Assembly (NCBI GenBank): GCA_018398765.1
Contig: JAHBMJ010000515.1
Span: 1 to 45,594 of the forward strand
From: Chromera velia
Taxonomy: Eukaryota
DNA length: 45,594 bases
Direction: 5' to 3'
The notes under the pieces are model-generated. The model was not told the origin of the DNA. It ran no database searches and saw only the letters and a list, made by a program, of their open reading frames with translations. The position numbers and the translations under genes were made by a program. Shown piece by piece: positions 21,616 through 33,839 of the stretch; the stretch's first letter is position 1; every line of letters begins with the position of its first letter.

Positions 21616-24600
21616 ACGAAAGAAAGAAAGAAAGAAAGAAAGAAGGAAGGAAGGAAGGAAGGAAAGAAAGAAAGAAAGAAAGGAAAGAAGGAAGAAAGAA
21701 GTGTGAGTGTGAGTGTGTGTGTGTGAGTGTGTGTATGTGTGTGCATAGCGCACCTTTTTCCCACTCTCTTTCCGACAAAAGGAAACAAAAATGCTCCCAA
21801 GCAAGCGAAAGAATGAATTCAAGAAACGCACCAGGGTATCCACTTCGTTGACGTCTCCCACCAGAGTTTCTGAATTCTTGAAGGCTGCCTGGATCTCCGC
21901 ACCATCCATCAGCCCGTCCTGCAATCAGAGCAGGAGGTTGAATGAATGCATGAAAGAAAAACATACCAAAACCATTCATGCAGCCGGTCGGAGCTCTACA
22001 CGACCAACCCGCCCGGAACCGAGACACATGTAACATAAAGCTCCAATGGATACAGTCAGCATAATTCCAGGGGAGGCACAGGAAGAGCAAGGCATTTCGA
22101 CTGGCAGGTCTGCATTGGGAATGAAGAAAAAGTGCAAGTTAAAAGAATTCAAACCCCTGCAATTCCCCAGATGGTTCGGAAAGCGGCTCTGTAAGCGGAG
22201 ACCACCTAGGACGTGAGCTTGGAATGAGAAGACTTCATCCAATCCGCCCTACAAATAAATCTCTGTCTGTGTAAATAAAGAAATGTTCTCTCTCGGACCT
22301 GCAATTCGCACTGAGAGACGTGAAGAGATCGACGCGAAGGCCTCCAGGATGATGGGCAGAGGTTTCACCACCTGCATGCATGCATACATGCATGCAATCC
22401 ATTCATTCATTCATTCATTCAAAAGAGAGAACTAACGCGGATGCACACATACAGACATAGACGTGCAGAAACTAAATGGATGCGTTGTTTTCTTTTTTGG
22501 CTTTTGGCAGACTGAAAGAAAGAGGGAGAAAGAAAAGAAGAAGCAAGAAAAAGACGAGAAGAAAGTGAGCGAGAGAGAGTTGAAGAAAGGAACACATACA
22601 AACACAGGCACACGCGAAGAAGAGAGAAGGAGAGGGCAAGAAGGTGATACATATTGACACTATCCCTCGACCGCTGTCTGTCATTTGTGAGAGTACCCCG
22701 TCTGCATGTCTCTGCCAAGTGAAGGCGACAAGGTGCCACTGATGGAGAGGACCTAAATGTGAGGGAAAGATAGATAGATTCCCGATCTGTCTGCACCTGA
22801 GTCGAAACATGCAACCACCCCGACAGTCCCTCCCTGTCAATTGAAGGGCCGACCGACCGCACAGGCCACATCGACGCCATCCAGTCCCGCAATCTCAGGT
22901 GCCACTTCGCAGATCAGAGTCGCGACCTCTTGGAGCAACTCGGCAGCGAAAATTGCCCGCAGATCATCCGCCTCCCTCGGGGAGAGAGAGAGAGAGAGTC
23001 AATAGACCGTGAGCGAGACAGAGAGGGTCAGGAAGAGGAGGAAAGGAGGCTGGAAAAGAAAGAAAGACAGACAGACAGATGAACTCAAGGACGGAACACG
23101 AAGGCCTTTGGCCGTTTAAAGGAAATCATTGAGGAGATGCATGCATCATCAATCACCGGCACGGGGGTACTCTGTCAGAACGAAAACGACGCACAACGGT
23201 TGACATGGGGTTAAAAGCGCGCGCACACACACACACACTCAGAGAGAGAGGGGGAGAGAGAGAGAGAGAGAGAGAGAGATTGACACAGAAAGACAGCAAT
23301 GAATTCTGCCGATGTAAGACGAAAGGAAGAGAAAGAAAGAAGTGCTTGCAAGGTCTGACCCATGCAAGTACCGACCTCGCCGTGTCACATCTGAGAGTGA
23401 GGAGTTCGTTGAGCGTCTCGATGTCCGACTCGTTCACACGTTGCCTTGCAGGTATGTACGCAGACCTTGCAACAGATCGATCGGTTTTTGTTCCTCCTTC
23501 TTCTTTCCGCCTGATTGCATTCAACGGATTCTGCCTGATTTTGAAATCACAAGAATAATTTGTGTTCATGCTGGTGCTCATCTGTCCACAACACGCCGTA
23601 CAATTACAGAGGGAAAGGGACCAACGATGGAACCAGCCAGAGAGACAGTGAGACAACCAGACGACAACTAGGAATGCTCAGAGACTGGAAGGCGTCTAAA
23701 GGTTTCGTTCGAACTATGGCACTCATGCGGATGAACCTGCTAGATACGCCGCACTTTCAGGAATAGCTAAAGGTTGTGTGAAGATCGGAATGGCAGAAAG
23801 AAAACACTCGCAAACAGGGAGGGCATCCCTCTCTTTTTCTTCCTCTTGCTCTGTACGTTGGTCTTTCCATGCACTCGTGTGTGCCTGTGTACACGTGCAA
23901 GTGTGTTTATGTGTCCGCTTTTCTCTCTGAACTTGCGCGCATGTAGGTCTACCCATCTATCGTTTTGTTTGTCTACTTCTATGCCTTTCTATCTCCCAAA
24001 AAGAGTAGGAGAAGAAAACAAGGAGTCTGTCCATCTATCCGTCCCTGTCTCTGTTCGTGTCTCTCTCGCTGCTTGTTGATTTGTTTCTTCTTCTGCTTAT
24101 TTCTGCTTGTGCCCCTCTCTGGCTGTCTTCTGATTTCAAAAATATTCCAGAGGGAGAAGTAAAATGCATACAAACACATGCAGTAACAACGCACACACAA
24201 ACTTGGGGGGAGAAGCCGATCGTATCCGCTTCCTGCCTCCAGGCCGGCAAGGCTGTATACCAAATCCTGTGCGCATCTGCTGAGACGAGCCACAGAGATT
24301 TTCAAGCGAATCCGGTCGAAAAGCTGTCCCGCTCCTCCTGTGGCGTTTTGGATTTTCTGGAGGAGACTGGTCTCTGGCCCTTCCGTGTTTTCATCTTCCT
24401 CGATTTCTTCGTTTGTGAAGTTGCCCAAGGCAGCTGTGCCGGGAGGAAACTCAACCCCGACGTCTTGTTGAGGGAACGTGAGGTCTGCTGTCGGCAGATT
24501 TCTGACTCGAAAAGTCTGATTGGATCCAAAGGGACCTTCAAAGATGATGTCAATATCGGTGGGGGGCCCGACCAGAGTCGGGTCCGAAAAGTTTAACGTA

Positions 24601-25644
24601 GTGTTAAAGTCGAAAGGAGAGTCCCCGCTACAGGAGGCGTTGCCGAAATTGGAGGAAATGAATCGGTCCAGACCCGTCAGATTACCTCCCGTGGGGATGA
24701 ACGAGGAGGGCCTGCAATCAATTCAATTCAGTCACTCCCTCATTCACCCACTTACCCACTCGCTCTTCTACTCGGCTACCCACTGTCTCATTCTTTCATT
24801 TACTCAATGATTCACTCGCGCTCATCATGAATCACGAACTCAGCCCTACACATCCATGTTCAATTTCTTCTTCATCAGACGGAGTGCCTGAGAGCCCAGG
24901 AGCACAATTAGGGTGGCAGATTGGAAGGAAGTACTCGGCGTGCCCGGATGGAAGGAAGGACAGCCACAATGAAGGGGGCCTCTTTTCTTCGCTTGCCGAC
25001 GCTCGTCTCCGCCGCTTCTCTTCTCTTCTCTTCTCTTCTCTTCTCTTTTTTTTTTGTTTTGTTGTTGTACGCAAACAAGAGACGAAAGGAAACAAAGAGA
25101 CTAGCAGCTTGGAAGGCCACATGTATAACTCAATGACGAACTGACCCTGACAGCGCCTCTTCGACTGAAGTCGGAATCCCATTTCCTTTCAATCCCACGG
25201 ACTCCCCACAAATGTTCTCAGGAGAAACCTCGCCCCCCAGCCCTGGGAAGATCTTATCAAACAGGTTCTCTGTGCCGTCAAGCGTGTCTGCGAGAAAGTC
25301 TGACGTGATGTGGTAGAGGCTGTCCACCTGGTCCACAGTCGGGTAGGCCGGTGGGAAACTCCGACTGTTGCTCTGTTGCAAACGTCTCAGACGCTCTGTT
25401 GCAACATCGGCTCCATCCGTCTGGGATCTTTCACAGCCGTACCGAGCTAGATAATGACAGGCGCCCTCCACAATCTTGGCCAGCGGGCCCATGTCGTTGA
25501 TTCGTTTCGCGTAACCTTCAAAGTCGGCAGCAGTGGACGGGAAAGAACCACCCTGCCCGACTGCACGGGCCTGTTCCTGGAAGCAAGAGTGGAGAACATC
25601 CGGGGAAAGTCCGACTGCCACACCAAAGAGGAGGGGGCAGAATC
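19880..25644 (-). CDS. Multi-exon host gene A, unknown protein, probably a secreted glycoprotein (first exon not located)
   Basis: Exons bounded by AG/GT, approximately: 25146-25644, 24850-24940, 24203-24711, 23737-23767, 23375-23441, 22858-22976, 22690-22752, 22300-22371, 22060-22248, 21832-21918, 21343-21375, 20815-21091, 20644-20687, 19880-20387. Several junctions are phase-consistent (CDTAR|EADDL; ELIK|QLSWKFTLCPMSAST|YGDPKF); those around 22.1-22.7 kb were not resolved. Many N-x-S/T sequons; introns are filled with microsatellites. Confidence 0.65.
20450..20558. repeat. (TTCA)n intronic microsatellite
   Basis: Directly visible. Confidence 0.9.
21535..21743. repeat. (GAAA)n plus (GT)n intronic microsatellite
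   Basis: Directly visible. Confidence 0.95.
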
Positions 25645-26412
25645 CTGTGTGCATGTCAGCAGACAGGCAGCGAGGGAAGGAAAAAAGAAGGAACGCAGGC
25701 CGGTACACTGTTGTTTGCAACACTTCTTTTAACTTACACTCTTCAAAACCGTCTGCGAAGTGCAAGCTGTATTGATGCGGTCATAATTCTGCTGAGGCTG
25801 TACAAAAAGACCACAATCATATCAAAAAGACCACAGGCAAATCGTTTGTTCACACATTTGAACAAAGGCCTGGTGAAGTGTATGGTTGATTCACTGTTGC
25901 ACCTATATGGTGTTGCACAATGCATGTTGCAGTACGTGTTGCATAAACTGCGCTATGCTGCATGCATAGATTGCATGTACGTACAGATTTGCAAATCGAT
26001 CGATATACACATGTGTATACATGAGTCACATCTCTATATATGGTGCTGCACGTGTATATAGCTCTCCTCGATCTGGCTGTGGAGATTCTGCAGCCAATGG
26101 AACCTTTTGTTCCGAAAAGTTATGCACAATGTATAAAGGACAGCACTTGCTCTCTTGCAACGTCGCCATGCAGGATGCTTTGATGATCTTGGCTGTATAT
26201 ACGTTGCGCTCTGTTGCAGCAGCAACAAGGCATCGGCACTGATGTGTGATTCCGAAGGGTTCGCCCTCGAGACAGCCGCTGGAATTTCCTCATAGCCTTC
26301 CATGAAGCGCATGGATACTTTCATGCGTGGCGGCCGCGTCCTGTTGAAGGGTTCTCTCCATCTCTCTACAAGACGATCTCTTGCAAACAACAGATGTTGG
26401 GGAAAGGTTGAA
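23736..26412. repeat. Segmental duplication block X, copy 1
   Basis: Near-identical to 31189-33839 (offset 7453 at the left edge, 7427 at the right). Contains the 5' exons of gene A, the intergenic region and the first 37 codons of the nuclease-like ORF. Confidence 0.93.
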
Positions 26413-28764
26413 TCCTCCGCCCCGCACGCCCAGCACCTATATACATTGTCAAGGCTGAACGAGAGTTGTGGGCGAATATGGGGAGGTTCTTTCTATTGTC
26501 ACAGATCCTTGGTGGCGCAACTCGCAACTTTCTCTGCTGGAGGGGTGCAGCAATGTCTGACACACCCAAAGGCACCCCAGCCAGCTTCGCATCTGCGCCG
26601 AGAAAGACTTCACACTCAAGAAGCTTTCCATCTGGAGCGCAGAAGAACCGTGGACCCCACCAAATCACCCACAGATGCTGTAGTCAACGTTGAGAATGAA
26701 AAGAACCTTCCGAGGGTCTGTAAATTCACTTCGCACGAGTGTCACGAAGTAGAGCAATCGTCCATTGCTCTGCTTCGCGGGACGTTCCGCCCAACCGAAG
26801 ACTTTGTAGGCCTGGAGGAGCCCCCCATCCCCCTCCCCCATTTCGCCCACGCAGATATTGCAGTGCGCCCCAAAGGCTGCACAGAAGACCTCTGGCTTCC
26901 TGTGCAGGTCAAATCGACCAAATGCGAGAGTCGACCGACAAAAAACAGGTCCCCATCGTGGAAATTCCGAAGAGTCCGCGGGTACGACGGAATGGTAGTG
27001 GCCTTCGTCTCTCTGCAAAAAGATTGCGAGCTGGGCCCAAAGGTGTGGCTTTTCCCTGGACGTTATTTTGACAGCCTCGCAGGAGAAGGGTCGTTCCGGA
27101 TCACTCAGGGAGGAAAACATGACAATGTGGAGAGCAGGTTTCGATTTGAGAATCATTGTGTGCTGCATCATGACAGACATGTCGGGCAGGCGCTCTATGA
27201 AAAGTGGTGGGAAGCCCGAAAGGACCGTGGCTCCGTCTGTGACCCGTACCGTCTTCAAAGTTTCAGCAGCCTGCAGTCACAGTTGAGTCCTGCACATCTG
27301 AAGGAGTGGGAAATGCTACAGAGGTGTCTTAAGCTGTTTGACTCCGTCCCGGGGGGCGTAGAGGTTCGCGCCGCTCTCTACCCCTCCTTACCCCATGACA
27401 TTGAAATTCGCCTTGCCTCCTCCGATCAGAATGAGTGGCACAGAGTGCAGCTCAAGAGTTCTTGCTGGTTGCCAAGTCACCGTTTCGCTGCCGTCAACAT
27501 GAGTAGGAGGCTTGGTTCTCATACACTCCCGTATGCTGAAGGCGACTTTGATTTTTTGCTTGTGAGCTCCCCGCAGAATGGAAAGTCCTCAAAAGCTTTC
27601 CCTCCTGAATTCATCAACCCTCATCCACCTCTGGACCCTGATAGCACATCATTCTTCTTGATTCCCATGTCCGAGCTCGTCAAAGAAGGCGTGGTGTATT
27701 CAGAGAAGGAGAAGCAGAGGGGGGTGACAGGCCTCGGTCTTGACTTTTCGATCGATGATTCCACTTACACCTGCGTTCCGATCAGAGAGCCTCCCTGGAT
27801 TTCCCAGAAAGATGGGGATCTTGCCCCTTTCTCATCGCAAGGCATTGGAGAAAATGGTGCGACTGCGTCCGCATCAAATCGCAAGAGCACAACCGCATGC
27901 AGGCGCTCTGATCATTTTGACTTTCCGAACGTCCAGGGGGCATTGTACCCTGATTTTTTTTATAACAATGCACAGCAGCAACCCTACAAAGAGGCAGCCA
28001 CGAAGTATCGAGAAAGAACTTCTTTCAACGAGGCAGTGGATATTGACCATCTCCCCCTGCATGAATGGGGCAGAACCGACAGAGGGGCGCTTCTCCTCTT
28101 GCGACATAGCCTGGCCCCTGAGCCATCAAGTGGATTTGCCGGCCTCGAAGAGCCCCCGATTCCTCTATCTCCCTACACGACAGACCATGTAGCTGTGCGG
28201 CCAATCGGCTGTGCAGAGGATCTGTGGCTGCCTGTGCAACTGAGATCGACACGAACCCAGTTTGGAAAGCGTGTAACTGAAGAGGGAGGTGGGGTTCGGA
28301 ATCCCTCATGGATTTTCCGAGACCTTTCCCGTGACGGAACGTCTGCACTTTGCATTTTTGTGCAGGAGTTCCCGAGAGCCTGGCTTTTTCCAGGGGACTC
28401 TTTGCCCTACTCTCTGCAGAATTCAACGTCCAGGTCCTTTCGTATTACTGAAGGGGGAAAGTATGACAGAGAAGGGAGACGGTGCAGCTTCCAGCACGCT
28501 TTCCCAGAGGGTCGTCATGTTGGGGAAGCTCTACTTACGATCTGGCAAGAATGTAGGGACGGGAAGCGAGAGTGTGAATTGCTTCCTTTGAATAGACTCA
28601 GTGACAAGTTGAATCCCCTTCCCAAACACCGGGCCCAGCGTCTGGTAAAATGGAAAGTCAATGCGTGGGAAGCTTTGACGGCAGGCCAGCAAGTCCAGCG
28701 TATTTTGTCCTCAGGAGTGAGCCGAAGAATGACTACGCTCTCACATTACCTGAGACATTACTGA
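26302..28764 (+). CDS. Intronless 820-aa protein with three tandem PD-(D/E)XK-like domains (A-B-A') and a presequence-like N-terminus
   Basis: Long open frame. Domain A: ADIAVRP..DLWLPVQVKS (D185, Q202, K204). Domain B: E-helix, LPHDIEIR..HRVQLKSS..PYAEGDFDFLLV..FFLIP (D366, Q383, K385), resembling the I-Ssp6803I/PDDEXK_5 pattern. Domain A': DHVAVRP..DLWLPVQLRS. Confidence 0.85.
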   Translation: MKRMDTFMRGGRVLLKGSLHLSTRRSLANNRCWGKVESSAPHAQHLYTLSRLNESCGRIWGGSFYCHRSLVAQLATFSAGGVQQCLTHPKAPQPASHLRRERLHTQEAFHLERRRTVDPTKSPTDAVVNVENEKNLPRVCKFTSHECHEVEQSSIALLRGTFRPTEDFVGLEEPPIPLPHFAHADIAVRPKGCTEDLWLPVQVKSTKCESRPTKNRSPSWKFRRVRGYDGMVVAFVSLQKDCELGPKVWLFPGRYFDSLAGEGSFRITQGGKHDNVESRFRFENHCVLHHDRHVGQALYEKWWEARKDRGSVCDPYRLQSFSSLQSQLSPAHLKEWEMLQRCLKLFDSVPGGVEVRAALYPSLPHDIEIRLASSDQNEWHRVQLKSSCWLPSHRFAAVNMSRRLGSHTLPYAEGDFDFLLVSSPQNGKSSKAFPPEFINPHPPLDPDSTSFFLIPMSELVKEGVVYSEKEKQRGVTGLGLDFSIDDSTYTCVPIREPPWISQKDGDLAPFSSQGIGENGATASASNRKSTTACRRSDHFDFPNVQGALYPDFFYNNAQQQPYKEAATKYRERTSFNEAVDIDHLPLHEWGRTDRGALLLLRHSLAPEPSSGFAGLEEPPIPLSPYTTDHVAVRPIGCAEDLWLPVQLRSTRTQFGKRVTEEGGGVRNPSWIFRDLSRDGTSALCIFVQEFPRAWLFPGDSLPYSLQNSTSRSFRITEGGKYDREGRRCSFQHAFPEGRHVGEALLTIWQECRDGKRECELLPLNRLSDKLNPLPKHRAQRLVKWKVNAWEALTAGQQVQRILSSGVSRRMTTLSHYLRHY

Positions 28765-29249
28765 TTTTTTGGTGATGCAAATATTCCTAATGTTTATTTG
28801 TCTAGCTATGTATTAAATAGAAATTTATATAAATCTATATACTAGTAGTCTCTATACTATATATAGTACTGGTCTACATATTATAATTTATATATCTGTG
28901 AATGATGAGTTTCAATGATCATTATATATATTTTTAGTGTTCTTCTATAAGTCTATCATAAATTTTAAAAAAGAATTCTAGATGGATTAAAAAAAAAAAA
29001 AGAAGATATTGTTATGTATCTAATTTGTTTTCTTTCTTTTGATTAATTGCCTGCAAAACCTTGCCTACCTGCAATACTTATGCAACACCAAAATAATATG
29101 TGTTTGAGGCAAACAAAAGAAAAAAAATATGTTTAAAAACTGAGTATAAGTATAAAACATCTGCTAACATCTGCATTTTTTCCCTATGTGATACGCCTAT
29201 AATATATATTTCTTTAAACAAACTATATTAAAATGAAAGTACATCTCAT

Positions 29250-30852
29250 TATACACTGTATGTCATGGAGCAGGTCTAGTACTGCGGGTTAAGCTAGCAG
29301 TTATTGTATACAATTGTACAGCAATATTACTTAACTGTCTGACTCAGCATCATACAGTAGAGGAAGATTCTGGTCTTTCATGCAAATACGAGCGAGCGTT
29401 GGTGTATGATATAGAACGGTGTTAAGTAAGTAACATCTAAATGTTGGGCCTGCTTCGGCGCGTCCCGGCGCCTAAGTCTGAGTGCCAGTGAAGCCTGGGA
29501 ATTAAAAAAATACGAATGGATTCATGAGGACTCTGGAAGGAGATTCAAGGGCTCTGCAGCAAGACGAGTTAATACGTACAACATGGCAATACTCTTCGAT
29601 ATAGAAGATGGCACGCGATTTCCACTTGGGTTTTGCCACGAAGCAGTCATCAGCATTTTCACCTTCTCCTTGCATGGAATTTCCTTCCAACTGAAGCGGC
29701 TGGCTGGAGGCTCCAGAGAACAAACCGCTCTATGGCGTGACTGTGTCTGTTTACGTATGACTGCAAGACCCCCCGTCTGTGGATGCTCATTGATGCATGC
29801 ACGGTGGCTGCATGTACGTCTGTCTGTCTGTTTCTTGAATTCGGTTCATCAGGGCACACATACCTCGAATACGCAGCGGGGCCCATTGATCTCAGTCAAG
29901 ACGGAGGAGATGTCGGGAAGTAGACCGGGGTCGACCAGGACCCTCGTAGTGACGTTGGCAGAACATTCGATGCAGAAGTCTGTGGGAGGGGGGATCTGGG
30001 CACGATCGAGGCTACAGAGTTCGATGACTTCAAGATCGGGATTCTGACCGATCCCGATAGCACAGCTGGCAGTTGTGAGGCTAGAAAGGTCCAATCTTGT
30101 CAAGTCTGTATCAACAATTTCGACCGTGACGGCCTCGGTCACACCAATCGAAGCCGGCCTGGTCACATTCTGCATTCACGTAGGCAAGCAGTCACGCGCA
30201 AGCAGAAAAGGGATGAACGTCAATTTGTGCACCTCCAAAAACGATATTCTCAGCGTGGCCGTGTAGATCTTGCAGCCTCGATCGAATCCTTGAGGATGCG
30301 TGCGTTATTTTGCCTGTATTCCTTCCGGGCTCCATCACAGCATTTGCGTGCAAGTTACTCATGCAAGCGAAAAAGAGCAGAAACCTGAGAGAGGGCAATC
30401 ATCGAGGGGAGCGGCAATTTCTTTTCCCCGGACAAACGTATTGAGTGCAGACACAGACGAAAAGGGAAGGAAGGAATTCTTCCTCAGACAAAGTGAAAGA
30501 CGCAAACCCACCGCCGGCAGTCTGAATCGCGTGTGAGCGATGGAGAGCTCCACCACCTTATCGATGCCAGAAAGGTCCAGTGAGTTCAACTGTGTTTGAG
30601 CGTTGTTGTTCGGGGGTGCCCCTATGACACTCGGCTCTCTGGGGTATTGCAGCGTTCCCGTCAGACGGACCCTATCCATGGATAGAATAGACGAGCTGCT
30701 GCCTGTGAGGCGGCCATAGATGGGAACATCCCTTGGGTCGAGAATCTGCATGCATGTGTTTTGTATGCGTCCATACACATGCATGAATGTACGTTGAAGA
30801 AGAATCTGTAGGTATGCGCTTATTTCATGTGGATACTTCATTAGAAGCTTCA
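29250..30852. repeat. Segmental duplication block Y, copy 1
   Basis: Homologous to ~37135-38731, and clearly more diverged than the block X copies. Confidence 0.9.
29502..30745 (-). pseudogene. Orphan duplicate of the 3' exons of gene C (reading frames still open)
   Basis: Exons ~30387-30745 (ILDPRDVPIYG...DDCPLS) and ~29853-30170 (NVTRPASIG...PRCVFE), plus a probable terminal exon at ~29500-29710. No in-phase upstream exon was found. Confidence 0.5.
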
Positions 30853-31166
30853 AGGTACCCGGGTGGTTGGCTGAATGGGTGCGGGAGGGAGATTGAGAAG
30901 ACACATGCATGCATGTAGAGACTCTTTCGATCATCTTCTACTGTTTCTCCTTCATCTACAGTGGTATCCAAACAGTTACCCCCCTCTCGCAAAGCTGAGG
31001 TCCAAAAGTTGAGCTAGTTCTTTATGCAGACAGAGAAAGAGAGAGAGAGCGAGACAGACAGAGAGACAGACTATATATTTCTTCTTCGCACTTCTTTTTC
31101 TTCATGTACATAACAGACAGACCGACAGGCAGACAGACTGACTTACAGATATGGGGATTTTGAATG

Positions 31167-33092
31167 TCAGGGGGTCTGTGCGTGAAGTCCTGCTAGATAC
31201 GCCGCACTTTCAGGAATAGCTAAAGGTTGTGCGAAGATCGGAATGGCAGAAAGAAAACACTTGCAAACAGGGAGGGCATCCCTCTCTTTTTCTTCCTCTT
31301 GCTCTGTACGTGGGTCTTTCCATGCACTCGTGTGTGCCTGTGTACACGTGCAAGTGTGTTTATGTGTCCGCTTTTCTCTCTGAACTTGCGCGCATGTAGG
31401 TCTACCCATCTATCGTTTTGTTTGTCTACTTCTATGCCTTTCTATCTCCCAAAAAGAGTAGGAGAAGAAAACAAGGAGTCTGTCCATCTATCCGTCCCTG
31501 TCTCTGTTCGTGTCTCTCTCGCTGCTTGTTGATTTGTTTCTTCTTCTGCTTATTTCTGCTTGTGCCCCTCTCTGGCTGTCTTCTGATTTCAAAAATATTC
31601 CAGAGGGAGAAGTGAAATACATACAAACACATGCAGTAACAACGCACACACACACCTGGGGGGAGAAGCCGATCGTATCCGCTTCCTGCCTCCAGGCCGG
31701 CAAGGCTGTATACCAAATCCTGTGCGCATCTGCTGAGACGAGCCACAGAGATGTTCAAGCGAATCCGGTCGAAAAGCTGTCCCGCTCCTCCTGTGGCGTT
31801 TTGGATTTTCTGGAGGAGACTGGTCTCTGGCCCTTCCGTGTTTTCATCTTCCTCGATTTCTTCGTTTGTGAAATTGCCCAAGGCAGCTGTGCCGGGAGGA
31901 AACTCAACCCCGACGTCTTGTTGAGGGAACGTGAGGTCTGCTGTCGGCAGATTTCTGACTCGAAAAGTCTGATTGGACCCAAAGGGACCTTCAAAGATGA
32001 TGTCAATATCGGTGGGGGGCCCGACCAGAGTCGGGTCCGAAAAGTTTAACGTAGTGTTAAAGTCGAAAGGAGAGTCCCCGCTACAGGAGGCGTTGCCGAA
32101 ATTGGAGGAAATGAATTGGTCCAGACCCGTCAGATTACCTCCCATGGGGATGAACGAGGAGGGCCTGCAATCAATTCAATTCAGTCACTCCGTCATTCAC
32201 CCACTTACTCACTCGCTCTTCTACTCGGCTACCCACTGTCTCATTCTTTCATTTACTCAATGATTCACTCGCGCTCATCATGAATCACGAACTCAGCCCT
32301 ACACATCCATGTTCAATTTCTTCTTCATCAGACGGAGCGCCTGAGAGCCCAGGAGCACAATTAGGGTGGCAGATTGGAAGGAAGTACTCGGCGTGCCCGG
32401 ATGGAAGGAAGGACAGCCACAATGAAGGGGGCCTCTTTTCTTCGCTTGCCGACGCTCGTCTCCGCCGCTTCTCTTCTCTTCTCTTCTCTTCTCTTTTTTT
32501 TTTGTTTTGTTGTTGTACGCAAACAAGAGACGAAAGGAAACAAAGAGACTAGCAGCTTGGAAGGCCACATGTATAACTCAATGACGAACTGACCCTGACA
32601 GCGTCCCTTCGACTGAAGGTGGAATCCCATTTCCTTTCAATCCCACGGACTCCCCATAAATGTTCTCAGGAGAAACCTCCCCCCCCAGCCCTGGGAAGAT
32701 CTTATCAAACAGGTTCTCTGTGTCGTCAAGCGTGTCTGCAAGAAAGCCCGACGTGATGTGGTAGAGGATGTCCACTTGGTCCACAGTCGGGTAGGCCGGT
32801 GGGTTACTCCGACTGTTGCTCTGTTGCAAACGTCTCAGACGCTCTGTTGCAACATCGGCTCCATCCGTCTGAGATATTTCAGAGCCATACCGAGCTAGAT
32901 AATGACAGGCGCCCTCCACAATCTTGGCCAGCGGGCCCATGTCGTTGATTCGTTTCGCGTAACCTTCAAAGTCGGCAGCAGTGGACGGGAAAGAACCACC
33001 CTGCCCGACTGCACGGGCCTGTTCCTGGAAGCAAGAGTGGAGAACATCCGGGGAAAGTCCGACTGCCACACCAAAGAGGAGGGGGCAGAATC
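31167..33092 (-). pseudogene. Truncated duplicate of the 5' exons of gene A
   Basis: ORFs 32578-33363 and 31432-32145 match gene A exons. Homology stops at a splice donor (GCAG|GT in copy 1, GCAG|GA here), and read-through ends AGLHAQTP* at 31167. Confidence 0.6.
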
Positions 33093-33406
33093 CTGTGTGC
33101 ATGTCAGCAGACAGGCAGCGAGGGAAGGAAAAAAGAAGGAACGCAGGCCGGTACACTGTTGTTTGCAACACTTTTTTGAACTTGCACTCTTCAAAACCGT
33201 CTACGAAGTGCAAGTTGTGCAAAAAGACCACAATCATATATTTGTCCGAAGATTTAAGGCGTCTGCAAGTGAGAAGGGCAAATCGTTTGTCCACACATTT
33301 GAACAAAGGCTTGGTGAAGTGTATGGTTGATTCAATGTTGCACCTATATATATAGTGTTGCACAATGTTGCACTACGTGTTGCATAAGATGCTATATGCT
33401 GGAGTC

Positions 33407-33437
<31 letters not shown>

Positions 33438-33839
33438 GTTTGTGATGCATACAATATGATGCATGCATTTGTGGTGCTGCACGTGTAGCCCTCCAGGATC
33501 GATCTGGCTGTGTAGATTCTGCAGCCAATGGAACCTTTTGTTCCGAAAAGTTATGCACAATGTGTAAAGGACAGCACTTGCTCTTTTGCAACGCCACCAT
33601 GCAGGGTGCGTTGATGATCTTAGGTGTACGTTGCTCTCTGTTGCAGCAGCAAAAAGGCAACGGCGCTGATGTGTGATTCCGAAGGTTTCGCCCTCGAGAG
33701 AGCCGCTGGTATTTTCTCATAGCCTTCCATGAAGTGCATGGATACTTTCATGCGTGGAGGCCGCGCCCTGTTGAAGGGTCCTCTCAATCTCTCTACAAAA
33801 CGATCTCTTGCAAACAACAGATGTTGGGGAAAGGTTGAA
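31189..33839. repeat. Segmental duplication block X, copy 2
   Basis: Near-identical to 23736-26412. Confidence 0.93.

Noticed and set aside
26034..27258. Antisense ORFs overlapping the 820-aa gene
   Set aside because: Not conserved as open frames in the paralog and carry no motifs; probably shadow ORFs.
30956..31020. Tc1/mariner end (TA-CAGTGG) at the duplication junction
   Set aside because: No matching inverted copy was found in the window.
29502..33092. Functional chimeric gene (5' of gene A fused to 3' of gene C) at the duplication junction
   Set aside because: The donor at 31189 is GA rather than GT, read-through stops at 31167, and the phases (1 versus 0) do not match the next exon. 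Only cDNA evidence could rescue it.
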